A DNA stretch of 64,000 nucleotides from the human T2T-CHM13v2.0 reference genome, Homo sapiens: NCBI RefSeq assembly GCF_009914755.1, contig NC_060930.1. One strand, written 5' to 3'. The notes under the pieces are model-generated. The model ran no database searches, had not been told where the DNA came from, and saw only the letters and a list, made by a program, of their open reading frames with translations. Of the stretch, positions 49,411-63,149 are shown one piece after another (the first letter of the stretch is position 1; the number at the start of each line of letters is the position of its first letter). A program made the position numbers and the translations under genes.

Positions 49411-51775
49411 GTTTTTTTCTTACTTTTATTTAGATTCAGGGGTACATGTACAGGTTTGTTATATAGGTAAACTGTGTGTTATGGGGTTAGATATACATAT
49501 TATTTTGTCACCCAGGTAATAAGCATAGTACCCGATAGGTATTTTTTCTGATCCTTTCCCTCCTCCCACCCTCTGCTCAAGTAGACCTCAGTGTCTGTTG
49601 TTCCCCTCTTTGTGTCCATGTGTTCTCATTGTTTAGCTCCCACTTATAAGTGATAACATGTGGTATTTGGTTTTCTATACCTGCATTAGTTTGCCTAGCA
49701 ATAATGGCCTCCAGCTCCATCCATGTTGCAGCAAAGGACATGATCTTGTTCTTTCTTATGGCTGCGTAGCATTTCATGGTGTATATGTACCACTTTTTCT
49801 TTATCCAGTTACTGTTGATGGGCATTTAGGTTGATTTCATGTCTTTGCAGTTATAAATAGTACAGCAATAAACATATGCGTGCATGTACCTTTATGGTAG
49901 AATGATTTACATTCCTTCTGATATATATCCACTAATGGGATTGCTGGGTCAAATGGTATTTCCGTTTTAAGTTCTTTGAGGAGTTGCCTCTCTTCTTTCC
50001 ACAATGGCTGAACTAATTTACACTCCTATCACCAGTGTATAAGCATTCCCTTTCCCCATAAACTCACCAGCACCTGTTATTTTTTGACCTTTTAATGATA
50101 GCCATTCTGACTGGTGTGAAATAGTATCTCATTGTGGTTTTGATTTGCGTTTCTCTAATGATTAGTGATATTGAGCAGTTTTTTCATATGCTTGTTGGCT
50201 GTATGCATGTCTTCTTGTGAAAAGTGCCTGTTCATGTCCTTTGCCCACTTTTTAATAAGATTGTTTGTGTTTTGCTTGTAAATTTAAGTACCTTATAGAT
50301 TCTGAATATTAGACTTTTGCCAGATGCATAGTTTGCAAATAATTTCTCCCATTCAATAGGTGCTCTGTTTACTCTGTTGATAAGTTCTTTTGCTGTGCAA
50401 AGGCTATTTAATAAAATTAGGTCCCATTTGTAAATTTTGGTTTTTGTTGCATTTGTTTCTGTCATCTTTGTCATGGAATCTTTGCCAGGTCATACACCCA
50501 GAATGGTATTTCCTAGGTTATCTTCCAGAGTTTTTATAGATTTAGGTTTTTATATTTAAGTCTTTAATCCTACTTGAGTACGTTTTTGTATATGGTGTAA
50601 TAACAGGGATCAAGTTTCAATCTTCTGCATATGGCTTGTCTGCTATCCCAGCACCATTTATTGAATAGGGTGTTGATATGGTTTGGCTGTGTCCCCACCC
50701 AAACCTCATTTTGAATTGTAACTCTCACAATTCCCACATTTCATGGGAGGAACTTGGTGGGAAGTGATTGAATTATGAGGGTGGGTCTTTCCTTCACTGT
50801 TCTCCTGATAGTGAATGAGTCTCATGAGATCTGATAGTTTCAAAAATGGGAGTTTTGCTGCACAAGCTCTCTCTTTTTGCTTGCCACCTTCCATGTAAGA
50901 CGTGACTTGCTTCTCCTTGCCTTTCACCTTCTGCCATGATTGTGAGGCCTCCCCAGCCATGTGGAACTGTAAGTCCAATAAGCCTCTTTATTTTGTAAAT
51001 TGCCCAGTCTCAGCTATATCTTTATCAGCAGCATGAAAACAGACTAATACAGGAGTCCTTTCCCCATTGCTTGTTTATGTTAGCTTTATCGAAGATCAGA
51101 TGGTTGTAGGTGTGTGGCAGTATTTCTAGGCTCTCTATTCTGTTCCATTTGTCCATGTGTTTGTTTGTGTACCAGTACCATGCTGTTTTGGTTACTGTAG
51201 CCTTGTAGTATAGTTTGATGTCAGGCTATGTGATGCCTGTAGCTTTGTTCTTTTTGCTTGCTTTCTTCTTTTTGCTATTTGGGCTCTTTTTGGTTTCATA
51301 TGGATTTTAAAGTAGTTTTTTTTTTCTGATTCTGTGGAGAATAGCGTTGGTAGTTTGATAGGAATAGCATTGAATCTGTAAATTGCTTTTGGCAATATGG
51401 CCATTTTAATGATATTGATTCTTCCTATGCAGGAGCATGGAATGTTTTCCTATTTGTTTTTGTCATCTCTGATATCTTTGAGCAGCGTTTTGTAATTCTT
51501 TTTTGTAGATGTCTTTCACCTCCCTGATTAGTTGTATTCCTAGGTAATTTATTATTTTAGTGGCAATTGTGAATGGTATTGTATTCTTGATTTGGTTCTT
51601 GGTTTGGATATTGGTGTATAGGAATGCTACTGATTCTTGTACATTGCTTTTGTATCCTGAAACTTTGCTAAAGTTGTGTATCAGATCCAAATAGAAAGAG
51701 ATAAAGTCAAACTATCCCTGCTTGTAGATGACATGATTCTATATCTAGAAAACCCCATAGTCTCTGCTTAAAAGT
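49411..51775 (-). mobile_element. 5'-truncated, 5'-inverted L1PA (PA13-16-like), interrupted by a THE1 LTR
   Basis: L1PA 3'UTR at the left end; ORF2 peptides [19 protein letters not shown] and [15 protein letters not shown]; the terminal ~90 bp are on the + strand. Confidence 0.88.
50674..51051 (+). mobile_element. THE1 (B/C-like) solo LTR
   Basis: TGATATGGTTTGGCTGTGTCCCC...AGACTAATACA; 5-bp TSD ggtgt/ggagt. Confidence 0.92.
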
Positions 51776-51932
51776 TTTTAATTTTATTTAATAATTCCTA
51801 AGTATTTTGTACAATAATAAACTCTTCAACTGAATAGAATACAATGCAGATAAACCACTGACACGAGTTGAAGTAGGAGAAAAAATGAAAAGTATTACAT
51901 GCTATTCAGTGACATTAAATTACAATCATTCA

Positions 51933-52336
<404 letters not shown>

Positions 52337-52611
52337 AAAGTAATTAGCGTAAGAGTAATGACCATAAGTAATTAGCATAAGTAGACATAATTTCAGAATG
52401 TTTACAAGGAAATTGTCATATATTATTGAGTATTTACAAAATGATGTATGGTTTGAAGGAAAAGAGAAAAACAGCAGGGTATTAAATAACTAAATTTAAA
52501 AAGTTATTTTCATTAAGCACCATTCAACTTTGATCCTAATACCTGAGTTTCATCAGTCCCATATTTAATTTTTATTTTATGTATATAATTATGATATTAC
52601 ACCTTATCCTT

Positions 52612-52726
52612 ACAAGCACAATCAGTGGACTATTCCCTGAAACTTCTGGTCTCAAGCAATCCTCCTGCCTCAGACGCCAGACTCCCGAGTAGTTGGAAGT
52701 ATAGGTACACAGTACCATGCCTGGCT
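52612..52726 (-). mobile_element. Partial Alu monomer (FAM-like)
   Basis: 'ggtctcaagcaatcctcctgcctcag...gagtagttgga...ccatgcctggct'. Confidence 0.7.
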
Positions 52727-53934
52727 GTTTTTTTTTTTTTAATTGTTTTAACTGCCTAAAAATAGGCAATTTATTCTCTTCTATATTTATTCTCTTGTAT
52801 TTTCTTTGAAATTTTACTTGTCTACAGAATCTTCAAGTTTGGAAGCCACTTAGCTCTGAAATTCCTAACAAGCCTTTTGAGATCAGCTGATCCCTTTGCT
52901 CTCCACGCTGGGACAGCCCCATTTCAGCACACATACACACTCACATGCCCCGTGATCTTACACAGGCTTGCAAACAATGGGCTGGAACAAGCTGCCTCTC
53001 TCCAGGCATTACATTTGCAGTTCTAACATTGACTATCAGAAGGGTGGCTTGTCATCTAGGGTAGCAGGCCAAAGTGGGAGATGATGACCTGGGCCAGAGA
53101 GAGAGAATCTGTGTCTGTCATTATGAAAGGACAAAATTATCTTAATGCATCCCGTAATAGAAATCAAAAAAACTTTTATGTAGTTCATCTACAATCGCCC
53201 AGCTAGGGGTGGACCCAGAATTCATAAATAAAAAGTTTTTAACTCTTCTGAGTTTCAAGTGACCTCAACTTTTTTTTTGAGATTAACAGCAGAGATTTAA
53301 TAGGCAAAAGAAAGAGAAAGGAGAACAGCTCTCTCTCCTGTGAGACACTCTCCTGAGTGGGACTTCCCGACAGCATAAATATTATTTGTGAGACATAATC
53401 CTGATATAATATTCCATAAAATGAACCTTGGTTCACCATGCGGTGAAATGTTTTGTGTTCTTTTGCAACTTGTTATTCTGCTGGAGATAAACACATTCTA
53501 GTCTCTCTGCTTAGTTTCACATGGTTAAATAAATCTTTCAGTTAATAGCTATATTTTAATTAAAGTGAACGCACGATCTCCTCTTGCTATGATTCTCAAG
53601 ACTGAGGAAAGTCATCTAAACAAATCAGGGAAAAATTACCCCTCAAAACTAAGAGCTTTGTTATGACGTTTTTTTCTAATCATATTACGTTTGTCAGTTC
53701 TGTGGAGAATGGACCTGGGCTGGCTTTTCCAATAAAGAGGATGCAGGTAGTTTGTAAGGATTCTTTCTGAGCAGAAAAAAAATTGAGGAACATAGGCAAA
53801 TAATATCTTAAAGTCCTCCGTTCATCCTGTCTGATAATATTGGTACCATGCAAGAATATTATCTGAGTAATACCTGTCAAGAGAATTAAAACTGAAGGCT
53901 GATTTAGAAGAAAATTCTGTTTTATTTATTTTAT

Positions 53935-54333
53935 TTTGCATTGCTTTATCTTTTTTTATTATTTTTGAAAAGGGGTCTTGCCAGGCTGTCCAGGTTGACC
54001 TGAAACTCCTGGGTTCAGGTGGTACTCCTGCCTCAGCCTCCTGAATAACTGGGATGATAAACTTTTTAGAGAAGAAGTCTCACTATGTTGTCCAGCCTGG
54101 AGTGCAGTGGCTATTCACAAGCACAGTCAGTGAACTATAGCCTCAAACTTCAGGTCTCAAGTGATCCACCTGCCTCAGGCTCCTGAGTAGTTGGAAGTAT
54201 AGGTACACAGAACCATGCTTGGAGGTTTGTGTTTTTTATTGTGCTTTAACTGCCTAAAAATAGGCAATTTATTCTCCTCGACATTTATTCTCCTCTATTT
54301 TTTTTTTTTTTTGAAATTTTACTGCACCCAGCC
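53935..54333 (-). mobile_element. FLAM-like Alu monomer interrupted by a FAM-like monomer plus unique flank (54060-54323)
   Basis: Outer monomer breaks at 'ctgggatgata' and resumes 'actgcacccagcc'; the inner one has the FAM/7SL-type 'gagtgcagtggctattcaca'. Confidence 0.65.
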
Positions 54334-54513
54334 TGCATGGCTTTCTTTCATACCCTTAGTTTTCTTTTCTCTTGAAAGGTATTCCAGGAATTATTAACTT
54401 GTGTTTTTACGTTTAAGTTGTCACACAATTGACCATTACACTTCAAATCTAAATAGGTCTTTATAGACATCATTTCAATTCTCTGCAAAACTTATCTGTC
54501 CAGATTTTATCTT

Positions 54514-54885
54514 GCATCTTACTTCATTTTCTGGTGCTATAACTGAATACCACAGATTGAGCAATTTATTTTAAAAAAAGTTTATTTAGCTCATGGTTCT
54601 GTAGGCTGGGGAGTCTCTGAGCATGATTCTGGCATCTGGTGAGGGCTGTTTGTGCTGCATCATAACATGGAAGAGGGCATCACATGGTGGGAGGGCAAAA
54701 ATAGGCCAGCTCAGTCTCTTCTTCATCTTATAAAGCCACAACTCCCATTGTGGGGATTCCACTCTGAGGACCTTATCTACTCCTAATTACCTCCCAAATG
54801 TGCCCTCTCCAAATATCATCAACATATGAATTTGGGGATTAAGTTTCCAACATGTGAAATTTGGGGGAAATTTCAAACCATAGAA
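54514..54885 (-). mobile_element. MST (C/D-like) MaLR solo LTR
   Basis: 'gctataactgaataccacaga...tttatttagctcatggttctg...ggcatctggtgagggc...ttcaaaccatag'. Confidence 0.75.
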
Positions 54886-54950
54886 TCTTGGTTACAAATA
54901 TTTGAAAAATGAGCCTTAACAACAAGGCTTTTCATCTAGATTTGTACTTT

Positions 54951-55386
54951 TGAGAGGTGAGGCCAGTGGGACTTCCTGGGTTGAGTGGGGACTTGGGGAA
55001 CTTTCCTGTCTTACAAGAGGATTGTAAAATGCACCAATCAGTGCTCTGTAAAACACACCAATCAGCACTCTGTAAAACGCACCAATCAGCAGGATTCTAA
55101 AAATAGCCAATCGCAGGGAGGATTGAAAAAAGGGCATTCTAATAGGACGGAAACCGAACATGGGAGGGGAAAATAAGGGAATAATAGCTGACCACCCCAG
55201 CCAGCAGTGGCAACCCGCTTGGGTCACCTTCCGTGCTGTGGAAGCTTTGTCCTTTCTCTCTTCACAGTAAACCTTGCTACCACTCACTCTTTGGGTCTGC
55301 GCCATCTTTAAGAGCTGTAACACTCACTGCAGAGGTCTGCGGCTTCATTCTTGAAGTCAGCCAGACCACAAACCCACCTGGACACA
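54951..55386 (+). mobile_element. LTR12-family (HERV9, LTR12F-like) solo LTR
   Basis: Starts TGAGAGGTGA, tandem 'tgtaaaa..caccaatcag' CCAAT repeats, ends GGACACA; 4-bp TSD CTTT. Confidence 0.88.
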
Positions 55387-56609
55387 CTTTTTCCTACTGA
55401 CATGATGTCTGCTGCACATCTCTTTTGGTTAACCTGCACTAGCGGAATTTTCATGAGCAACAAGTACAGGATCCATGCTACTGAGCTCCAGTGACTTTGC
55501 CCTTCAGAAACATTTTAGGTTTATCATTTCTTTTTATTTTGACTTTGGATCTGAAAGCTGGAAACAGGGGAATCATTTAGATGTTGTGGAAAAAGTATGT
55601 GGGAAGGAAGTGGCTGCCATAGAGGCTAATGCTGGCCTCAGGATTATTAGTCAGTTTGTCTCAATGGGAAAGCCCATCAAACAGAGTGAATCTGCTTGTG
55701 AATTGTGAGAAATGAGAATGTTAAATAGGGAGCCCTAAATGCTGCGTTATCTATGAAAACTATTATTTCTGGGACAATAGCAAAATTAGACATTCAGGAG
55801 AAAGTTGATGACTGTGCTGTAAAACAAAATAAGCAAAATTTGCTTACAAATAAGCAAAATGTTCTAGGATTTCATTGCTGTATCCGTTAGGGTCCCAAGA
55901 GCAAGAACGCCAAGAGGAAATAGTTCTGTGTACTTGAGACAAATTAGGGGTCCCAGCTGCCCTCACTGGGGGAGTGAATTTTGTAATAAGATAACTGTAA
56001 GTCATTTTGTGACTCAGGCTCAGCTACACTAGTCTGTGCCTTACACAGCAGCTTGGAGCAAGCAAGCATGCAGATACAGCCTCAAGGCCTCCCAATCCCT
56101 GAGCCAATCTTAGAAGAGGGAAGGCATTCAGCAGGCACTTCCACAGTCCCTGTCCACTGGGATGTGTGATTGAGTCATCCATGTTGAGTTCTATAGGTCC
56201 CAGCACAACTATTGGGTTCCTACATCCTAAGTTTACATGGCTGTCCCCAGTCAGGATAAATATCTGGGTTTCATTTGGTATGGAGTCTTGGTCTCAGCTA
56301 TGGCCTTGGGGTCCATTCTATACTCTGCCCTGCCCTTCCTGCCTAGTGCTCTGGCCCCTTGGGAAAATGAGAGTTCCTCTTCCTCCTACCTTTTTGAAAT
56401 GTGCCTTTGTGCCCTTGCCTACTTTGGCTTGGCCAAAGGAAGGGGCTAAGAGTAGAGTTTTGCCCTACAAGTGGCCTACTTGTAGAAGGTCATATCCAAA
56501 GCGAACAACAGATCTCTCACAATGGCTTCTATCCCTGACACCAGCCTTGCCTTTCAAGAGTTTGACCTTACCTATGAGAAATGGCATACTTACCTATGAG
56601 AAGTGGCTA

Positions 56610-56810
56610 ACAGTGTAGGCTATAGCATCAGACTGGCTGGGTTCAAATCTCTGCTCCATAATTTGCTAAAACCATCACTTAAACTTAGCAGAATGTTAGT
56701 TTTCTCATCTGGAAAATGAGAATAATAATATTAACTCTTGGAGCTGGTACACAAATTAAATGAGAGCACAGTAAATGCTTGAGAAGAATAAGCTATTATT
56801 ATTCTTGTTG
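56610..56810 (+). mobile_element. MIR
   Basis: 'cagactggctgggttcaaatctctgctcc...agtttctcatctggaaaatgagaataataata'. Confidence 0.7.
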
Positions 56811-57029
56811 TATTATAAGTGTTGATCCATCCACACTTAGTATGTCTTATCGAATATCCCATTTCCAATTTCTGTGACTATTTGAAGTGGCATACAACTA
56901 AGCAAGTACAGCAAGAATCATGTTACAATAGGGCCCAGCTGCCTCTTCAGGTACACAAGGAGATAACCAGAGATAATGGCAATTTGGATAAGAAATGGTT
57001 TTTTTTTTCACTTTTTAAATGGATTTTCT

Positions 57030-58130
57030 TGGACGTGTGAGATAGTAGACATATTAAAAAAAACAAGATTAATATACAGGAATACCAATATACCTTTTGC
57101 CCAGACATCCCTTTAGAGTTTTGCCAGTTGTTCTAATCATATCCTTTATAATAAAAGCACCCACATCAGTATTTCGCATGGTACCCACTTGTTATGTCTC
57201 TCTAGTTTTCTTCAATCTGGAGCAACTTCTCAGTCTCTCCTTGACCTTCATGATTTTGACGTTTCTGGAGTTGCAGGACATTCATTCCTTCTGTAGTCTT
57301 TCTCCATGTAGGTCTGTCTGATATTTCCTCCCAAAGACACCCACATTACACAGTTGGTCCTATCAGGTGGTACATAATGCCAATTTGATCTATTATTAAT
57401 GGTGTTTATTTGATCACTGATAAAAATGATATTTACCAGGATTCTCTTCTGTAACATTACTTTGGAATTAATAAGTAGATTTTGTGGAGAAATTTCAGGC
57501 CCATCAACTGTCCCATTCCTTATCCCATTTTCATCTACTAGATTTAGCATTTACTGAATTAATTATTAGCATAATGAGTAGTAAGTGGTGATTTTAAGTT
57601 ATGTCAGAATTTCTATATTTATTATTATATATCCAAGCATAAAAGTAGTTTCTCTTATATACATTTATTTATATTTAATGTATTTAAATATATTTAATAT
57701 AAATCATTTAATGGTTTATATTCAACATAGATACAGTAATATAAATATTTGTATGCTATAATTTCCCCAGGTTTGGACAGTGGTAACTCTTTGGACTAGA
57801 TAAGATATCTTTGAAATATTTCCTTCATTCTTCCAGCACTGTCTTCCTTTGTGGCACAACCAGATGTTTCAAGAATATTTTCTACTTTACTTATCAGCCC
57901 TGCATAAAGCATCTCTCTATGAAGGTTTGGTTTTTTAAATGAAGAGTACTATCTAAAAATCAAAGTCTGGGTGCTAGGTATGTTAATTGATACGCGAGTC
58001 TCGCTGCTTGACTTGTACCTTTTATTTAGATTTTCTATTAAATCTTTTCTAGCAGTCTACACTACAGAGTTTAAGTTCACTCAGATCTTCCTTTATTCCA
58101 TACTTATTTTCGCTCCTTCATTGGTGATAA
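57030..58130 (-). mobile_element. Old L1MC-like 3' fragments
   Basis: 'ttgttatgtctctctagttttcttcaatctggagca...ccttcatgattttgac' and 'caaagtctgggtgctaggtatgtt'. Confidence 0.55.
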
Positions 58131-61100
58131 GCCTAGCCCCAACATCTTCAACCTCTTTGCTTATTTGCCCAATCTCCTATGTTGCCCATGTCTCAGCTTA
58201 TCAGACTTCCCTCATCTCCCATCTCTGACCCCCATCCTGGCACCACCCACCATTACTTGTTCTGCTTGTGTCAAGAAAGGAAGCAAGGGCGTGAGAGAGA
58301 GGAGAAAGAAGGGGAAAGAAGGAAGAAAGGAACAATGAATATTAACGGAATGGTCTTGATTTGGCCATGGTTTCCATTGCTGCTTATCTTGCATTGTTAC
58401 TATATTCCAAAAATTACTGTTAGGTCTTGCTTTTGTTGAAAATTCTGCTGCTATGAAACTGTCGTGGTTTCATCTTTGACTATTATGTGGTTTCTCTCAC
58501 ATTTTTTGTTATAACTGAGTTCTGGTCCACTGAAACTCGGAGGGATAGGTAACAAAAATGGTCATGGGCTCAGAACTTGGACCCTTGGCTGGGTCAGGAT
58601 GATAGTGTACTGTGAGTGATGGTGGCCTGTGTGTATGTATCTGTGTTTGGGGGAGGGAAGCAGGGAGCAATTTCAGTAAGGAATGATGACATCTATTTTG
58701 AAATGAAAAAGAAAAGAAATGTGTCTCCTCTTCTCAATGCCCACATCTCTCCTGATTAATTCTGATGATCTCCTGACTGGCCTTTCTGCCTTTGATTTTC
58801 TCTCAATTTAACTTTTTCTTTTACTGGAGATTATGCATCTTCCTCCATCAAGCTGACATCTCTTCTTTATCCACCACTACTCTGGGTCCAGCTTAGCCTG
58901 GGGGATATTTCTGTTTTACTACTTATGGCACTAATTTGAACTGTCTCCTTATCAAGAAACTCTGAGGTTCTATAGAGCAGGAACCATTTAAATCCCAGGA
59001 TTAAAAATACCTGGAATTTACTATATACTCAATAAACATTCGCTGAATGAATAAGTTAATGAGACCAGTCTCATTAAGGAATATTCAAGGAATATTGTGT
59101 CTAAGGAAGCTTGTGTTAGATATTGTCATCTCTTCCTTTATAAGTTAGTTTCTGCCATTGAATTATTTTGGGGTGGGGAGGGACGGAGGGCAAGACTCAG
59201 GAGTCTGCATTTTTAACACGACCCCTAAGGAATTCTATCCAGGTCATACTTTAATAAAAACTATGATTTGTTTCTAGTTTCTTAATTTTAAGTCCAAAGA
59301 GAGAATTTCATTCTCCAGAGCAACCAGTAGAGCATTGAGAATTAGAGGCACTAAATGAATTATGTGTTTTTATAAGGAGCTGAGATGCAGCCTTAATTAC
59401 CTATTGATCTTTCTGGGATGAAAATTGACACAGCAATATTTTTCTTCTACCCTACCATTCATGCCACTTAAATACTTATTTATATTCTTCCAAAGTACTG
59501 TTTATTGTCTATGTACTTTATGGCTGAGTCTAAAAACAAAACTTCCTGTCTCTAAGAAATATGGATATTCTATTTATCTTGATTTACAAGAAACAATAGA
59601 CAAGCTTCTAGGATTGCAAGATTGTTCAAGCATGACCCAATGGGCTCTAACAAATTCAGACTCAGAGATTATTGACAGATAATCCAGTCTCCTATACTAT
59701 GTTCAAGACTAGGTAAATGGCAAACACATTTTTGGTATCATGGCATGTATTTTTCTCACTCAGGGTGATATTAACAGATTATGCCCTTTTCTGCACAGCT
59801 GGATTGCTTTATATCTTTTCTACTGATAAACTCATAAGGGAAATAATAGATTCTTCCTGTTTCAGACCATTTATTGGATAAAAAGCTGACAGAGTTGTAG
59901 TTGTCTTTGGAAAAAATAATTTAAAAAAATAGTTTGTGTTTGGCAGTGAAACAGAGCACTAAGGTGTGGGTACTTCCACTGTCAGAGAAAAATCTGCACT
60001 CGGTAGGACCACTCACTCTAGGAAGGGAGTGACGGGGGTCTCACCAGAGGCCAGATCAGCCAAGCATGTGGCTGGATGGAGTAGGTGAGGTCAACGGCTG
60101 TGTCCACTATTTTAAAATCCCGTTTCTCTCCTTGAGATATAACTGGAATCTTGGCCTCCTGTTGAGTCATTCACAGCTTATTTCCCCATGGATGCCAGCA
60201 GTTGTCTGCTCCACTTCACCTGTTGGCTTTTATATTTTGTCAGTGTATTTTATATCCTCTAGTCTGTTCTTGAACCTCTTCTTTCCCTATGTCATGGCCT
60301 TTGCATATTCAAGTTTATATCAGAGCACGAGGGTCCTGAAAATTCCAAAATGCTCTCAAACTACGATACCCATTTAGCAAGAGGGACTTGAACGACACTT
60401 ATTCTCCTATACTCAGTTACAGAAATTAAAGAAAGGAATAATAGATGGAATCTGTGAATCCATCTCTCTCTCTAGCTCTCTCTGTCTTTTCAGCTTTCTC
60501 TCTTTCCTTCCTTCTTTGACAGGAAAAAGCGGGGGGAAGTTTAGACCTATATAATGAAGGACTTTTTTCTAAAGTATATCACAATAGAAAAGTAGAAATG
60601 AGCCATATATAAACCAGTAACAGTTACTCTAAATGTGTTTTATACAATGTAGCCAAATCATTTCCCAAACAATAACAAAAAATATTGACTACATCCACAG
60701 TATTGATGTATTATTTAATGTTAAGTAACACTCATGCAAAGTAAAATGGAGAGAGGAGACAGGAGCAGTTATTAATCAACAAAGATAACTCTGGATGACC
60801 CACTCTCTCAAAGCTTTCTCTGCATTAGTAGCTATGGTTTCAGAGTGTAATTATTCCTGAAATTCTCTGCCTGTGTAAATGTATGTTTATGCCCAGTCAT
60901 CAATTTATTCAGTAAAGTGTTGTATATACATGGTTACTAAGTATTTAATCACTGCTCACAAGAATAGCAAAATTTGGCTCCAAGTAGCAGTAATTTTCTC
61001 AAGAGAGATATGTGCTATTAAAATAGTTCATTAAGACTCACATCAGTCAAATACTCTTCTATGCTTGTGTATACCTATTCAACCATAACAAGCCAGCTAA

Positions 61101-61689
61101 GCTGGTAATCAATGAAGAAAAAAGTAAAAGCTTAGGCTTCTGTAGTTTTAACTGTAAACGTTTTTCACAGACCAGGGCGTGCCACTGACATTCCCTAGGG
61201 GAATTAGCAATGCTATCGACACTTTATTTCAGTGCTCTGTCATAGATATGATTTTTTTTACTTCAGAGAGTTATCCTGGCAAATGTGCCTCAGGAATCTT
61301 ATTTCTCTCTACATATCTAGGAAATTTCACTCTACTATCCTGAAATAATTATTTCCTAGGAGAGATATTTTAAGGCTGTTTGATATCAGAAAAATCAGAA
61401 TCAGCCAGGCTACCCTTAATTTGTAGTCTCTAGAAATGGGAAGATTCACACAATAATAGGGCTCAGAGGAATTTCGAGGAAGCTGCTCACTGTGAAGGAG
61501 AGGGAGAGAAAAAGCTCAATGCTAATGTTCAGTGAACAGGGAAAGAACAGGCATGCTTTCTTGGGATGAAGGAGGAGAGGAGTGAGTTCCTTGCCTCCTC
61601 CCACCCTCACGACAGGTCATATACTTACCCAGAATGCATCGGAATCAATTCAAAGACGATCTCTCATATTAGATTTGGGCAAGGTTTCC

Positions 61690-61870
61690 TTAATGAGAGA
61701 TGTATAGTTAAAACCAGCTTTACAACATACTTGCTCTGTAACCTTGAGGAAAGTTCTTAACATCTTTGCATCTCAGTTTCCTCATCTATAAAATGAGAAT
61801 AATACTAGCATACGCTTACAACAAAAAAGTTTGTTGTAAGGATTAAAGAAAGTAATATGTGTAAAACACT
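61690..61870 (+). mobile_element. MIR
   Basis: 'tgtaaccttgaggaaagttcttaacatctttgcatctcagtttcctcatctataaaatgaga'. Confidence 0.75.
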
Positions 61871-63149
61871 GAAACTCTTACTTTTTGTGGCCGACAGGGT
61901 TTTTTTTAGTAGAAAGAAACATAAATTAACTTGTTTAAACGACCTCTTTTAATGCATAGGTTTAGTGTTATGACCACCAGTTATATTAGTAAACTATCAT
62001 TGTTATTCTTATACTCATCTCCAATAGTAATTTCTGCTAAACAGTTTGATTTTTCTATTAATTTTCTCTATATTAATTTTTAAAAGAAATCAGAAATGTG
62101 AGAAATCGAGAATCAATAGATTTAATTTTAATTTGAAATTTTATTTTACAAAGCAAAACCATGCTTTTAATACATGTGGGGAAGGACAGATAGAGACATT
62201 AACAGTTTTTAAATTCTTCAACATCTACGAAATTTCTACATGGTAGATGTTAAAATCTCCATTTGCAGTTGAAAAAACTTAGGCCCTGGGAGAAAAAACA
62301 ATATTTTTCAATATATCAGTGATCTCCAAAACTTTTCCCTTATAAGAACCCTATCAAGGACATAAAAATACCACATCACTCTATAATAACGGTTGTAAGT
62401 ATTACATTGGTTGACTGAGAAAATACATAGTGATGATAATGGAGTATAGATTTATTGTATATAAATCACAATGGGACCAAAACAAACATGGAGGAAGTGG
62501 GTTGATTATTTATATTCAGCTAATAAATTATGATGTAGATATTGGTCCACATATCTAGACTTCTTGCAATTATTCTATGGATCCCAAGGCTCAATCAACA
62601 GCCTTTAATGTGAGGAATCCCACATTAAAAATCCTTTCTCATCAGTTACATGCCAGGCTTTTTGGCATTTTTGAAGCAGTTTTAGGTATTTATTTTAGGT
62701 ATTTGGTTTCACTTAGTTTAAGCTTATTAAAATGTGGTATATATAAAATGTGAGTATATAAATGATATTCAATAAATACAAACTTTGACATTTTCACTGC
62801 TATTAAAGTAAGCACTTGTCTACTTACCTAGAATATGCATGTTTTGGGGGAAACTTTTCCTGGGGCCTCACATTAATAAGATCTTATTTTTAGAAGGTAG
62901 TGAGTGACTTCAGAACCAACATTATTCACAAAGGCTTTTAAAAATTAAACAAAACTACTTTAAATTCTAATCATGGTAATATTAGAAAATAAGTACTTAT
63001 CACCAACATTGAAAAAATGCAGCAAAAATTTTCAGACTGGATAAAAGATACAATATAAATATAAGAACATATAAAGCTTAAAAAACACATTAAAATATGT
63101 AACATGCAAACACTAAACAAATTAAAGCTGGTTAACACTAAAAAAGTAT

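Noticed and set aside
56166-56618. 150-aa + strand ORF
   Set aside because: GTG start, no recognisable domain, lies in what looks like a degenerate old LTR and runs into a 22-bp tandem duplication and a MIR
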